IMG/VR virus record: IMGVR_UViG_3300028797_000106
Direction: 5' to 3' (one strand)
From: a virus
Taxonomy: Duplodnaviria > Heunggongvirae > Uroviricota > Caudoviricetes
Length of the DNA stretch: 54,293 nucleotides
In this document: positions 27,615-36,565 of the stretch, one piece after another
How the letters are laid out: each line of letters starts with the position of its first letter
Numbering within the stretch: the first letter of the stretch is position 1
The notes under the pieces: generated by a model
The model's input: only the letters and a program-made list of their open reading frames with translations
Database searches by the model: none
What the model was told of the DNA's origin: nothing
Position numbers and translations under genes: made by a program

Positions 27615-27961
27615 TGAATTACGATGTACTGAAATCAGACCGTGTGTTGATATGGTATGATGGCCCTATGGTAGAAGTGCTACGAGACGGCGCTGATTAT
27701 TATATGACATACATGACAATGCCCGGATGTATATGTGCTAGAATTAAGAAGGCTGATCTTATCGCAGTTTTGAAGAATGAACAACCAATGAATTATGTTT
27801 ATGAAAATGCACCTGAGAAATTTGAATGGGATACGACCCTACAGAATTTTAAGAAGGTGTCATTTTTCAAAAACGATGACTTATTTGATGCCAATGTTTA
27901 TGCAAAGAATTTAGGCATTGACGAAAAATCTTACATAAATGAACTTAAGCAAAGGAGATAA
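27614..27961 (+). CDS. Hypothetical protein
   Basis: 115 aa, TAATG-coupled to rtcB. Confidence 0.7.
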   Translation: MNYDVLKSDRVLIWYDGPMVEVLRDGADYYMTYMTMPGCICARIKKADLIAVLKNEQPMNYVYENAPEKFEWDTTLQNFKKVSFFKNDDLFDANVYAKNLGIDEKSYINELKQRR

Positions 27962-27966
27962 CCCAA

Positions 27967-28560
27967 ATGGCAAACAAGTACACTAGAAAGATTGACGAAA
28001 TGTTCAAAAAGTATGACCCGGAGAACAAAGCAGACTACATTTACCTTGGCTACTGCCATAAGGGTAATGAAGATGGCGGCTGCGATGATTACGATTATGT
28101 CGGCTGGGACTTCTATGACACCGAAGATCAGGAACCATACAAGATTCAGAACAAGTCGCTTTGGTGGCAGATTGACCCAGACGATAAGGAACTGAACGAA
28201 GCATATGAAAAGGACTGGGACATTTTGACAGGCATGCTCCGCGACGGTTTCCCTGACGCTGTTGAAGCAGACTACTCGTCAACCAACTGCTATTGGTATC
28301 GTCATTACATGGTGAACCGTGACCATCAGATCATTTCTTTGGTCACTCGCGGCGACATTGATGGCAGTGAACGCACTGAAGCTTCTTTGAACTTGGTTTC
28401 TGAAGAAGAAGGCGAAATGGCTCGTGATAACAACACGCTTAAGGAAATTGAAAAACATGCCTCCGAAATCAAGAGCCTGCTGACACAGCTTGAACATAAT
28501 GACAGCGTAGACAAGGCGTATGCGATTATCTCGACTGTCCCAAATCATCGTAAGGTTTAG
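27967..28560 (+). CDS. Acidic hypothetical protein
   Basis: 197 aa, SD AGGAG. Confidence 0.75.
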   Translation: MANKYTRKIDEMFKKYDPENKADYIYLGYCHKGNEDGGCDDYDYVGWDFYDTEDQEPYKIQNKSLWWQIDPDDKELNEAYEKDWDILTGMLRDGFPDAVEADYSSTNCYWYRHYMVNRDHQIISLVTRGDIDGSERTEASLNLVSEEEGEMARDNNTLKEIEKHASEIKSLLTQLEHNDSVDKAYAIISTVPNHRKV

Positions 28561-28561
28561 T

Positions 28562-28732
28562 ATGAAAAAGAAAATTGAAATTACATTCGGATGTGACAAT
28601 AACAAGATCCAGCAGTATGACGATAAAATTCAGCAGCTGATTCAGGATTGTATTGACACATTGGAGAAGATTACCCCTCTGCAGTTGAAATCAGTCACTG
28701 TGGACGGTAACTTGTATTACACAAATAATTGA
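28562..28732 (+). CDS. Hypothetical protein
   Basis: ATG 1 nt after the upstream stop; AAGG upstream. Confidence 0.55.
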   Translation: MKKKIEITFGCDNNKIQQYDDKIQQLIQDCIDTLEKITPLQLKSVTVDGNLYYTNN

Positions 28733-28740
28733 GGTGAAGT

Positions 28741-29001
28741 ATGTCGCTAGCAAGTAAGAGAATTGACGACATTGAAAAGTATGTCAATGAAACATACCCG
28801 TCAAAGCCTACTGACCGTGTGCCTTGTGGGAACATGTGTTATAACAAGATTTTGCGAATCCGCGTAGATGCAGACCCTCGTGAAATCATCTTCTGCTTCT
28901 TCTTTAGTGACGATCTTGTCTGGGCTAACTACAAGGACAAGAACGCTCATTCTCCTGAAGAACTTGAAAAATTGTTTGCTGATACCCTGGGAGATAAATA
29001 A
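28741..29001 (+). CDS. Hypothetical protein
   Basis: 86 aa, SD GAGGTG. Confidence 0.65.
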   Translation: MSLASKRIDDIEKYVNETYPSKPTDRVPCGNMCYNKILRIRVDADPREIIFCFFFSDDLVWANYKDKNAHSPEELEKLFADTLGDK

Positions 29002-29019
29002 AATCTAACAGGAGATTGT

Positions 29020-29754
29020 ATGATAGAAATTATTCCCGTTTCTAAAAGAAGCCCGGAACAGATTGATACTGACAAAAGATTTTACATAGAAGACTCAACA
29101 TCACTCCAGTCCATCGCCGAGAAATACAACTGGGCGATTGAGAACATCATTCTTAAATCGGATGATGATGTGATTTGTTTCCGACACGCTGACACCGAAA
29201 TCAGAAGCAACACTGACTTGGTGGAGGCTCAGGTCCGAATGCAAATGGATGATGGGTGTGGGGTTTGCGGCGTTATCGGCACCATCGCTTTGGAAGATTC
29301 TTGCCAGTGGTGGAGACCGAACCGTCATGTAAATGGCTCTGGCTATATCATTCAAGGCGGTACCCGACCGAAACTTGATGAAAAGGGCAAGCCTATCATG
29401 GATGAAAATGGCGTGCCGATCATCGAGAAATTTGAGTACCCGATGGCGGACCACCCAGGCGTTCATGACTATCTTGCGACAGTTGACGGATGTTGTTTCT
29501 GGCTTTCACGCAAAATGCTAGAAGAGGGCATGAGATTTGATACCAACCTAAAGGGTTATCACTTCTATGACACCGACATTTGCTGTCAGGCACTCGAAAA
29601 AGGCTATAAGGTTTCAACTGTCAATGTGATAGTTAAGCATGAAAGCCAAGGCGAAATGCCTGATGATTTTCCAAAACTTCGTGAAGTATTTTTCAACAAG
29701 TGGAACTCAAAGATTGACACTTGGCCGATTACGAGGTTGACGAGGTTCAAATGA
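29020..29754 (+). CDS. GT-A fold glycosyltransferase-like protein (GT2-related)
   Basis: YN.A, ICFRHADTEI (DxD region), GVIG, TVDGCCFW, FDTNLKGYHFYDTDICCQALEKGY. Confidence 0.75.
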   Translation: MIEIIPVSKRSPEQIDTDKRFYIEDSTSLQSIAEKYNWAIENIILKSDDDVICFRHADTEIRSNTDLVEAQVRMQMDDGCGVCGVIGTIALEDSCQWWRPNRHVNGSGYIIQGGTRPKLDEKGKPIMDENGVPIIEKFEYPMADHPGVHDYLATVDGCCFWLSRKMLEEGMRFDTNLKGYHFYDTDICCQALEKGYKVSTVNVIVKHESQGEMPDDFPKLREVFFNKWNSKIDTWPITRLTRFK

Positions 29755-30113
29755 TTAAAGATCCTACTCAGGAACTAGCGGAGATTGAAAAATCATTTCC
29801 CAATCTCACTTGGACCTACGCCTCAAATGGCGAAAGTAGGATATACACTGGAAAGGTCCGCGACATCATTGTCGTGACCTTTTTTGAACCTTCATCTCAA
29901 TTTGTCATTCATTCAATGGCACGAGATATTATTACAAGATATTTAAGCAGCGCTGAAGCAGAGGTCAATTTCCTGCTTCATAATGATGCTATGTTGAGCA
30001 TAGTTCAGTTTCATGACGCTTTAGGAAAAGTTTTTGAACATGCTGAACATTTTGTGAAAAGATATTATATTGAACAAAAACAGGAACAAATTTATGGCGA
30101 AAGGCACTACTAG
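29751..30113 (+). CDS. Hypothetical protein
   Basis: SD GAGG before ATG 29751. Confidence 0.65.
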   Translation: MIKDPTQELAEIEKSFPNLTWTYASNGESRIYTGKVRDIIVVTFFEPSSQFVIHSMARDIITRYLSSAEAEVNFLLHNDAMLSIVQFHDALGKVFEHAEHFVKRYYIEQKQEQIYGERHY

Positions 30114-30582
30114 GAAAAAGACTGTCAAGACGGAAGAAGCTCCGGCTGAAGAAAAGGAAAAGTCTATTGGCTTGTTTGATGTTCTTAATATGATTGAAGG
30201 ACAAAAACTGCCGTGGGATAAGCTACCTGACGAATATAAGAAGGCATATAGCCAGTTTATGATAAATCGCTTTGTCAGTTCACAAGAACTGTATGTGCCG
30301 ATTGTCGCTGAACTGGCTTGTATGCAGCTGACTGACGAACAGCACTATCTGATTTTATGCAATACTGTCGCAGGAAATAGGAAACATTGGTTTAATTATA
30401 AGGCATACAAGAAGGAAAAGGTTGAAAAAGACCTTGACATGCTGATTTTTGCCGTTTGTAAAGAATGGGAACTGGGTCGCCGCGAAGCTAAGATGTATAT
30501 AAATAATTTAGAGGAAACGGTAAAAGACCAACTCCGTGAAAAATGGGGTGAGTCCTATATTTACGAAAGAGGAAACAAATAA
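30094..30582 (+). CDS. gp62: Clamp loader small subunit (T4 gp62-like)
   Basis: YSQFMINRFVS..HY.IL..RKHWF..K..REAKMYINNL matches the gp62 family pattern. Confidence 0.7.
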   Translation: MAKGTTRKKTVKTEEAPAEEKEKSIGLFDVLNMIEGQKLPWDKLPDEYKKAYSQFMINRFVSSQELYVPIVAELACMQLTDEQHYLILCNTVAGNRKHWFNYKAYKKEKVEKDLDMLIFAVCKEWELGRREAKMYINNLEETVKDQLREKWGESYIYERGNK

Positions 30583-32081
30583 TGCATAAGACATTTAAGG
30601 AATTGTTGAGCGAAGCATCTGTCGGTAAGGCAGATAGAAGACGCGCCTCGGTTAACATCGTAAAGTATTTGCAGAAAACATTGGACAAGGAATATAAGCC
30701 ATGCGACGGTAACATTTATGCAAATGGTTCCGGTACTTATGTTGGTTATTTGTTCATTTGTCCAGCTGACAACTCTGCAATTCGTGTTAACTGGGCAGAA
30801 AAATCATTCCATTCTATCAACGTTTGGAACGACTACATTAATGACGCTTCGCCTTCATTAGAAATTTTCACTGGCAAGATTGCTCCGGGAGATACATCAT
30901 TTGCTCGTTTGCTGCCTGAAATTGCCGCAGCCATCAAGGACGGCGGTTTCCCAACCGAAGATGATGAACCGATGGACGAACTTGCAGAATCTGCTTCAGT
31001 CAATGAAGCATACGAATACAACGGCAAGACTTACGGCACAAAGGTTGACATTGTTCATGCCATGTATGACGAAGGTAAGTCAGTTGATGATATTAAGGCT
31101 GCCGTTGGTTATCCTCCTGGACACATCCGCAATTTGATTGCCCGCTATAAGGGAGAATTGGGCTCCGTTCAGAAGTCAAATTCTGGAAAGGTTAAGGTTG
31201 TTAAGGGCGTGCCTGAAACTGTGCTTCCGAATAAGGGAACAAAGAAGGCAGATGAAATCCTTGACGATACCGAATACGCTGACCCGAACATTGTGTTCAA
31301 GGATTTGGCACAGTATGTGGAACTTATCGGTCGCCGTTATATCCCGGCCCTTTTGATTACAGGTCAGGGCGGTATTGGTAAGTCATTCACCGTTACCGAC
31401 ATTTTGAACAAGTTCGGTAAGAAGGGCGAAGACTATGTGATTATGAAGGGACGCTGCACACCGTCTGCTATGTATAAGTTCCTGTATAACCACTATAATC
31501 AGATTTGCGTATTTGATGACTGCGACTCTGTTTTCGGCTCTGAAGATGGTATGAACATTCTTAAGGGTGCTCTGGACTCTGGTAACCCTCGTGAAATTTC
31601 ATGGATGACAAAGGGACCGGACATCGTTGATACCTTCGGTATGGAGTCACACGAAGAAATTGAACAGACACTTGCTGCATGGTCAGCAGAAAACCACGGT
31701 CGTGATGGTACCCCATCTTACTTCCAGTTCAAGGGCGCTGTTGTGTTCATCTCGAACTTGACAAAGCGCGATATTTACAAGAAGGACCGTGCTATTCTAT
31801 CACGCTGCACCGTTATTGACATTGTGCTTCGTGCAAAGGATGTTATTAACCGTATTGAAACCGTGCTCCCGCACATCAAGGTTTATGACATTGACGGCAA
31901 GAACTATGCCACACCTGAAGGTAAGAAAATCGTGTTTGATTTTATCAGCTCTGATGAATTCCTTCAGAACCCACGCATGAGAGGCAAGGAAGTTAACTTC
32001 CGTCTATTCAACCAGGTTTATGCCTACTGGGCTGCTGGATTTGAAAACTGGAAGGATTTGGCATTCCGAGCAGGTGGCTAA
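30582..32081 (+). CDS. Multidomain protein: capsid-targeting leader, N-domain, HTH, AAA+ ATPase
   Basis: MHKTFKELLSEA leader; IVHAMYDEGKSVDDIKAAVGYPPGHIRNLI HTH-like; GQGGIGKS, VFDDCDS, FISN sensor and ILSRC Arg finger. Confidence 0.75.
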   Translation: MHKTFKELLSEASVGKADRRRASVNIVKYLQKTLDKEYKPCDGNIYANGSGTYVGYLFICPADNSAIRVNWAEKSFHSINVWNDYINDASPSLEIFTGKIAPGDTSFARLLPEIAAAIKDGGFPTEDDEPMDELAESASVNEAYEYNGKTYGTKVDIVHAMYDEGKSVDDIKAAVGYPPGHIRNLIARYKGELGSVQKSNSGKVKVVKGVPETVLPNKGTKKADEILDDTEYADPNIVFKDLAQYVELIGRRYIPALLITGQGGIGKSFTVTDILNKFGKKGEDYVIMKGRCTPSAMYKFLYNHYNQICVFDDCDSVFGSEDGMNILKGALDSGNPREISWMTKGPDIVDTFGMESHEEIEQTLAAWSAENHGRDGTPSYFQFKGAVVFISNLTKRDIYKKDRAILSRCTVIDIVLRAKDVINRIETVLPHIKVYDIDGKNYATPEGKKIVFDFISSDEFLQNPRMRGKEVNFRLFNQVYAYWAAGFENWKDLAFRAGG

Positions 32082-32103
32082 TCAGAAATACATATTTAAG
32101 AAG

Positions 32104-32127
32104 AGCAGGGTTTCTACCCTGCTTTTT
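32104..32127 (+). terminator. Intrinsic terminator
   Basis: AGCAGGGT-TTCT-ACCCTGCT-TTTT. Confidence 0.8.
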
Positions 32128-32132
32128 CCATG

Positions 32133-32140
32133 TATAAATA
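32133..32140 (+). promoter_or_regulatory. T4-type late promoter
   Basis: Exact TATAAATA upstream of the endolysin. Confidence 0.75.
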
Positions 32141-32144
32141 ATGC

Positions 32145-32813
32145 ATGGAAATCAAGCAACAGTTTTCAACGGTTAACACAACGCCGTTAAAGAATAGAAA
32201 GATTGAGTACATTGTAATTCACTACACAGCAGGAACTTCATCTGCACCCGGAAAAGCGGCTGCTACTGCAGCATACTTTGCGAAAGACACAACGAAAGCG
32301 TCTGCGGACTTTATTGTTGATGATTCAAATGTTGTTCAGTTCAACCCCGACCCAGCCAATAGATATTCATGGCATTGTGGTGGTTCTAAGCAAGCAACAG
32401 CAGGCGGCCAGTATTACTCCAAGTGCACAAATAAAAACTCTCTAGGGATTGAAATCTGCTCAAATAATGCGATGGGAAAAATGACCGCCGCAAACGACGA
32501 TAACTGGTATTTTACGGACGATGCCGTGCTGCTTGCCCAGGAATTGGTAAAGAAGCTCATGGTGGAATATGGAATACCTCCGGAAAATGTCATTCGTCAT
32601 TATGATGTCACTGGAAAGCTCTGTCCCGGAATTTATGGATGGAATGCCGAAAGCGGAGACGATTCCGAATGGGAAGATTTTAAGGCAGCCATCATTACAC
32701 GAAATGACGCAGTTGGCGCAGTAGATACCTTTGGCGATTATCAGGAACTTCTAGAACGCTATAACGAATTGAAAGCTAAGTATGATGCAATAGTCGCCAT
32801 CATCAACAGTTAA
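32145..32813 (+). CDS. N-acetylmuramoyl-L-alanine amidase (Amidase_2), likely endolysin
   Basis: IVIHYTAG, SADFIVDD, SWHCGG, NSLGIEIC, VIRHYDVTGKLCPG; C-terminal coiled coil. Confidence 0.92.
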   Translation: MEIKQQFSTVNTTPLKNRKIEYIVIHYTAGTSSAPGKAAATAAYFAKDTTKASADFIVDDSNVVQFNPDPANRYSWHCGGSKQATAGGQYYSKCTNKNSLGIEICSNNAMGKMTAANDDNWYFTDDAVLLAQELVKKLMVEYGIPPENVIRHYDVTGKLCPGIYGWNAESGDDSEWEDFKAAIITRNDAVGAVDTFGDYQELLERYNELKAKYDAIVAIINS

Positions 32814-32842
32814 GACCCATAAATAGATTACCAAGCATAAAT

Positions 32843-32889
32843 GGACAATTTTTATGTCCATTTATTTTCGTCTTAAAAATTGTTAAATT
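32843..32889 (+). promoter_or_regulatory. Putative middle-type promoter overlapping an inverted repeat
   Basis: GGACAATTTT 41 bp before -10 TAAATT (32884); ATAAATGGACA/TGTCCATTTAT inverted repeat. Confidence 0.5.
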
Positions 32890-32906
32890 TAATAAGAGGT
32901 ACTTAT

Positions 32907-33101
32907 ATGTGCGTGAAAGTAAAGATTAAAAACCAAAGCAAACGAGAGCTTCCCGAGGAAGTGATTGATGCACTAACATTCAAGAGCATTTCTGAGGCGA
33001 ATGACATTCTCGAAGATTATAACCTCAAGCTCATTGAGTATGAACGAGTACTGAAAGATGCTAAGGTAGTTGAACAAGTTTTTATAGTAGGAAGTGTCTA
33101 A
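32907..33101 (+). CDS. Hypothetical protein
   Basis: SD GAGG before ATG 32907. Confidence 0.6.
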   Translation: MCVKVKIKNQSKRELPEEVIDALTFKSISEANDILEDYNLKLIEYERVLKDAKVVEQVFIVGSV

Positions 33102-34456
33102 TGTCAGAAAAGAAATTGAAGTGGGGATTTATTCAGCCACTAACTGGCGGTGCTTATCTAGGTGCCGAAAAAGCTATCGGTTGTCCAGCAGCATGGATCT
33201 TGTCATTCCCTGGCCTCTGTGCCCATAAAGAAAAGGAAGACGGTTCAATTTACAGCGCTGCGAACGAATATCATTTGATGAAGTATCTGCAGAAGAAGGG
33301 TGAACTCCCTCCGTATCTGACCATCAACCGTGAGATGTTCGCTGAATTTAAGAGTGACCCGAAGGCATTTGAACCTGAACTCATCAAGAATGAATTCAGC
33401 ACCACTGACACCGTTGACATGACGAACATGGACATTGTCTGCGCTTTGCCAGTTTGTTCAGGTCTGTCAAATGCTACCACGACTCCGAATGACGAAACAC
33501 GCGATGCACGAAATCAGAACATGCAGTGGATAACTGAATATACATTGAAGGTTATTCAGCCGAAGGCATATATCTTTGAAAATGCTCCTGCATTGTTTGC
33601 TGGTGCCAAGGGCAAGCCTATTCGTGAATACATCAATAAGGTTGCGGAGTATTACGGTTATTCAGTTTCGTATTTCAAGACTGACACTATGTTGCATCAC
33701 AATGCGCAGCGCCGTCCAAGAACATTCGTAATTTGCTGGAAGTGGTCTGGCAAAGAAAAGCAGATGCCGCCTATCATCAATTTTGTTAAGGACGAAATCT
33801 CTGTTAAGCAGTTCTTTGATGAAATGCCTGAATATGAACAGAAGGAAGAAATCCCACTGGGTTATTCAAACCAGGCAGCTCTTGACTACATGAAGTCTGC
33901 ACATCCTGACAACTACCGTGAGTTGATGAAGGAGAACACCTCCTATGCTCACATTGTCCAGAATAATGAAGTAGACGCATTCGTCAAGTTCTGTGAGACA
34001 TACAAGTTTGATGATGATCCGTCTACAAAGCATCGTGACTCGACCATCCGTCAAATCCAACATGCTAAAGAAAAGTATGCGTCAGGCTCGTGGATCTTTG
34101 ATACCACAACAGCCGTCATTGACGATACAAAGAAGATCCCGTCAATCATGCACAAGGTCACTCAGGCTAAGTTGCATCCATACAAAGACCGTCTTTTGAA
34201 TGTCGGTGAAATTCTTTACTGTATGGGTATGCCGACTGACTATCACATTTACGGTCAGACCTTTGAAAAGACACATCAGACAGGTCAGAACGTTCCAGTC
34301 AACACCATGAAATACATTGTCTCCGAAATCGTCAGGGTTCTCAAGAATTGGGACACCGAAAGAAATAACACGAATGGTAATCCGTTCTTCGGCGATGACG
34401 ACAATGTGGAATATGTTGACAACATCAAGCAAACTTATTCAACTAAACCCGAATAG
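33101..34456 (+). CDS. Atypical DNA cytosine-5 methyltransferase (phage family)
   Basis: Motif I variant IQPLTGG, catalytic region LPVCSGLS, IFENAP (ENV), AQRRPRTF (QxRxR), GQNVPV (motif X). Confidence 0.75.
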   Translation: MSEKKLKWGFIQPLTGGAYLGAEKAIGCPAAWILSFPGLCAHKEKEDGSIYSAANEYHLMKYLQKKGELPPYLTINREMFAEFKSDPKAFEPELIKNEFSTTDTVDMTNMDIVCALPVCSGLSNATTTPNDETRDARNQNMQWITEYTLKVIQPKAYIFENAPALFAGAKGKPIREYINKVAEYYGYSVSYFKTDTMLHHNAQRRPRTFVICWKWSGKEKQMPPIINFVKDEISVKQFFDEMPEYEQKEEIPLGYSNQAALDYMKSAHPDNYRELMKENTSYAHIVQNNEVDAFVKFCETYKFDDDPSTKHRDSTIRQIQHAKEKYASGSWIFDTTTAVIDDTKKIPSIMHKVTQAKLHPYKDRLLNVGEILYCMGMPTDYHIYGQTFEKTHQTGQNVPVNTMKYIVSEIVRVLKNWDTERNNTNGNPFFGDDDNVEYVDNIKQTYSTKPE

Positions 34457-34503
34457 GAAAAGTTTTAGGTAGAACCTCACTACTGTAAAAACTTTTTTAT
34501 ATT
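34456..34503 (+). promoter_or_regulatory. Putative middle-type promoter
   Basis: GGAAAAGTTTT 42 bp before -10 TATATT (34498); AAAAACTTTTT before the -10. Confidence 0.55.
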
Positions 34504-34543
34504 TTATTCAAACCAAATTACAAATTCATAAGGAGAATACATT

Positions 34544-34891
34544 ATGAAGAAACTCTATAAGAACCGTTACGTTATGGACAAGCGCACTGGCATGACATAC
34601 CAGCTGCTCTCTTCCGAAGCAACCACAAATGGCCGTCGTTGGGTCCGCACTTCTCGCAAGGGCAAGTCCTACGGCAACAAGTCCTGTGCTAAGTGCCAGG
34701 TTTGTGAATCCCAGCTCATTCCGCTCAACTACATTGAAGGTGTGATTGCTTGGAAGGCTGAAAACATCATTCGTAACAAGCAGTTCCGCGACACTGAAGA
34801 CCTCGCTATTCTCGACCTGCATAAGCAGATGCTCGTGGCAAAGGGATTCTCTCGTGGCACAGTTGAAGCAAACTTCAGAGGTTCCTGCTAA
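34544..34891 (+). CDS. Basic hypothetical protein with CxxCxxC
   Basis: 115 aa, SD AGGAG, codon usage typical of high expression. Confidence 0.75.
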   Translation: MKKLYKNRYVMDKRTGMTYQLLSSEATTNGRRWVRTSRKGKSYGNKSCAKCQVCESQLIPLNYIEGVIAWKAENIIRNKQFRDTEDLAILDLHKQMLVAKGFSRGTVEANFRGSC

Positions 34892-35070
34892 TGTGGCAAA
34901 TCACCAAGTATCATTGTGATGAAAACGGCAAGCCTTACGGCGAACCGTTTACTTCCATCTGCTATTCACAAGAATTGATGGAATCCTACAAGAACCCGAA
35001 ATTCGTTGAAAAGATTGAAGCCTTTGAAGGTTCCTCTCTAAAGACTGTTTGGGTTCCTCGTAGAAAGTAA
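34891..35070 (+). CDS. 59 aa hypothetical protein (not in the ORF track)
   Basis: MWQITKYHCDENGKPYGEPF...; TAATG-coupled and fills the gap. Confidence 0.6.
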   Translation: MWQITKYHCDENGKPYGEPFTSICYSQELMESYKNPKFVEKIEAFEGSSLKTVWVPRRK

Positions 35071-35073
35071 GAT

Positions 35074-35937
35074 ATGGATTGCTATTTCGTCTCAGACCTA
35101 CACATTGACTCGCATCTGCCTCATCTAACTCCAGGTGGAAAGCGCAGCAGTGTGTATCACAAGTGGATGGATAGCAACCTTTTACCCGCTGACATACTTT
35201 GCATCGCCGGCGACATCGCCAATAACAGTAGAACCTTTATGGATTTTATCATGGCATGCCGCAACCGATACAAGTATGTCGTGTTTGTTTATGGGAACCA
35301 CGACATAGGCGTGTTTGACAATGAGTATAAGAGTTCCATGCTAAAGGTTGAACAAATGAACACTTGGCTTGGGAACTTGTCACAGCTATGTACATCAACT
35401 CACAAGATTAAGACACAAATTTTTAAGCTTGATGGCAACGAACCAGTTGATGTTGGAGGTCGCTTATTCGCCGGGGCTATGGGCGCACCAGATTGGTCCT
35501 ATCCGAAGACATTCCTTCGCTCTTCAGACAAAGCATTTAAGAAGCTTTGGCCTGAAGGATTACAAAAGTCTGGCTGGATAGACTGGTGGTCAAACGACTT
35601 GTTCGAGATTGCTGGGGATGAAAAGGAGAGGCTGCGTAGAGCAGTTCAGTCCGAGCAAGGTTTGCCTCATGTCGTGGTTTCTCATTATGTACCTTTAGGA
35701 ATACCAGCTGCTAAACAGTATGCAAAGAAGAAGACAACTGGCTTTTTCTACTGGGATGTGAATGATATTATAAATATGTTGCCCGCCGGCACGATTTGGC
35801 ACTATGGGCATAACCATACAGCCAGTATCTTGGAGAAGGACGGGATCTTGTTTTTAAGTAACCCACTAGGCTACCCTGGACAGGATGTTAACCTAATCGG
35901 TAAATACGATAGACGAGACTTTTTGATAACATTATAG
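35074..35937 (+). CDS. Calcineurin-like metallophosphoesterase (paralog of 10543-11457)
   Basis: SDLH, AGDIAN, YGNHD, SHYVP, YGHNH, SNPLGYPG. Confidence 0.88.
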   Translation: MDCYFVSDLHIDSHLPHLTPGGKRSSVYHKWMDSNLLPADILCIAGDIANNSRTFMDFIMACRNRYKYVVFVYGNHDIGVFDNEYKSSMLKVEQMNTWLGNLSQLCTSTHKIKTQIFKLDGNEPVDVGGRLFAGAMGAPDWSYPKTFLRSSDKAFKKLWPEGLQKSGWIDWWSNDLFEIAGDEKERLRRAVQSEQGLPHVVVSHYVPLGIPAAKQYAKKKTTGFFYWDVNDIINMLPAGTIWHYGHNHTASILEKDGILFLSNPLGYPGQDVNLIGKYDRRDFLITL

Positions 35938-35945
35938 GAGAAATC

Positions 35946-36248
35946 ATGAGACTTACAGGAGATAAAGTTCTACTAACTGGCAAACAGGAACAGACGAAGT
36001 CCGGTATCTACATGCCTGAGACAAAATCTGGTAAGAGAACATTTACCGTCGCTGCAGTTGGTCCGGGTCAGTGGAACCCAATCAAGTGCGAACGCAAGCC
36101 TATGACCGTTAAGGTTGGCGACCGTGTTGCGGCTAATGTTGAAATCGCACCGGAGATTGAAATCACAAAGGCTGGCGTGAAGACTAAGTACTACATCATT
36201 CCAGAATCTGATATTCAGTACATTCTTGAAGATGGAGAAGAAGCCTAA
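35946..36248 (+). CDS. groES: GroES-like co-chaperonin 1
   Basis: RLTGDKVLL, mobile loop TKSGIYMPE, VAAVGPG, PMTVKVGDRV, IPESDI. Confidence 0.88.
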   Translation: MRLTGDKVLLTGKQEQTKSGIYMPETKSGKRTFTVAAVGPGQWNPIKCERKPMTVKVGDRVAANVEIAPEIEITKAGVKTKYYIIPESDIQYILEDGEEA

Positions 36249-36565
36249 TGAAATTGCTAGATGATAAGATTATCGTTCGTAACCTGACAAAGAAAACCGC
36301 CGGTGGACTTGTTATTCCTGGCATGCTTGTCGCATACACGATGTATGAAGTTGTCGCAGTTGGTCCTGGACATTACGACAAGCGCGGATGCTCCATCACC
36401 CCGATGGAAGTCAAGGTTGGTGACCGTGTTTTGATTAACTACGGTTCATGTAAAGAAATTGAAGGCAAGACCGTTAATGTAAACGGTGTTGATGAACAAC
36501 TCTTTTTGGTTGACACTGCTGAAGAATGTATTATGGTTCTTGATGAAGACGAGACTATCGGATGA
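36248..36565 (+). CDS. groES: GroES-like co-chaperonin 2
   Basis: KLLDDKIIV, mobile loop TAGGLVIPG, VVAVGPG, PMEVKVGDRV. Confidence 0.88.
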   Translation: MKLLDDKIIVRNLTKKTAGGLVIPGMLVAYTMYEVVAVGPGHYDKRGCSITPMEVKVGDRVLINYGSCKEIEGKTVNVNGVDEQLFLVDTAEECIMVLDEDETIG

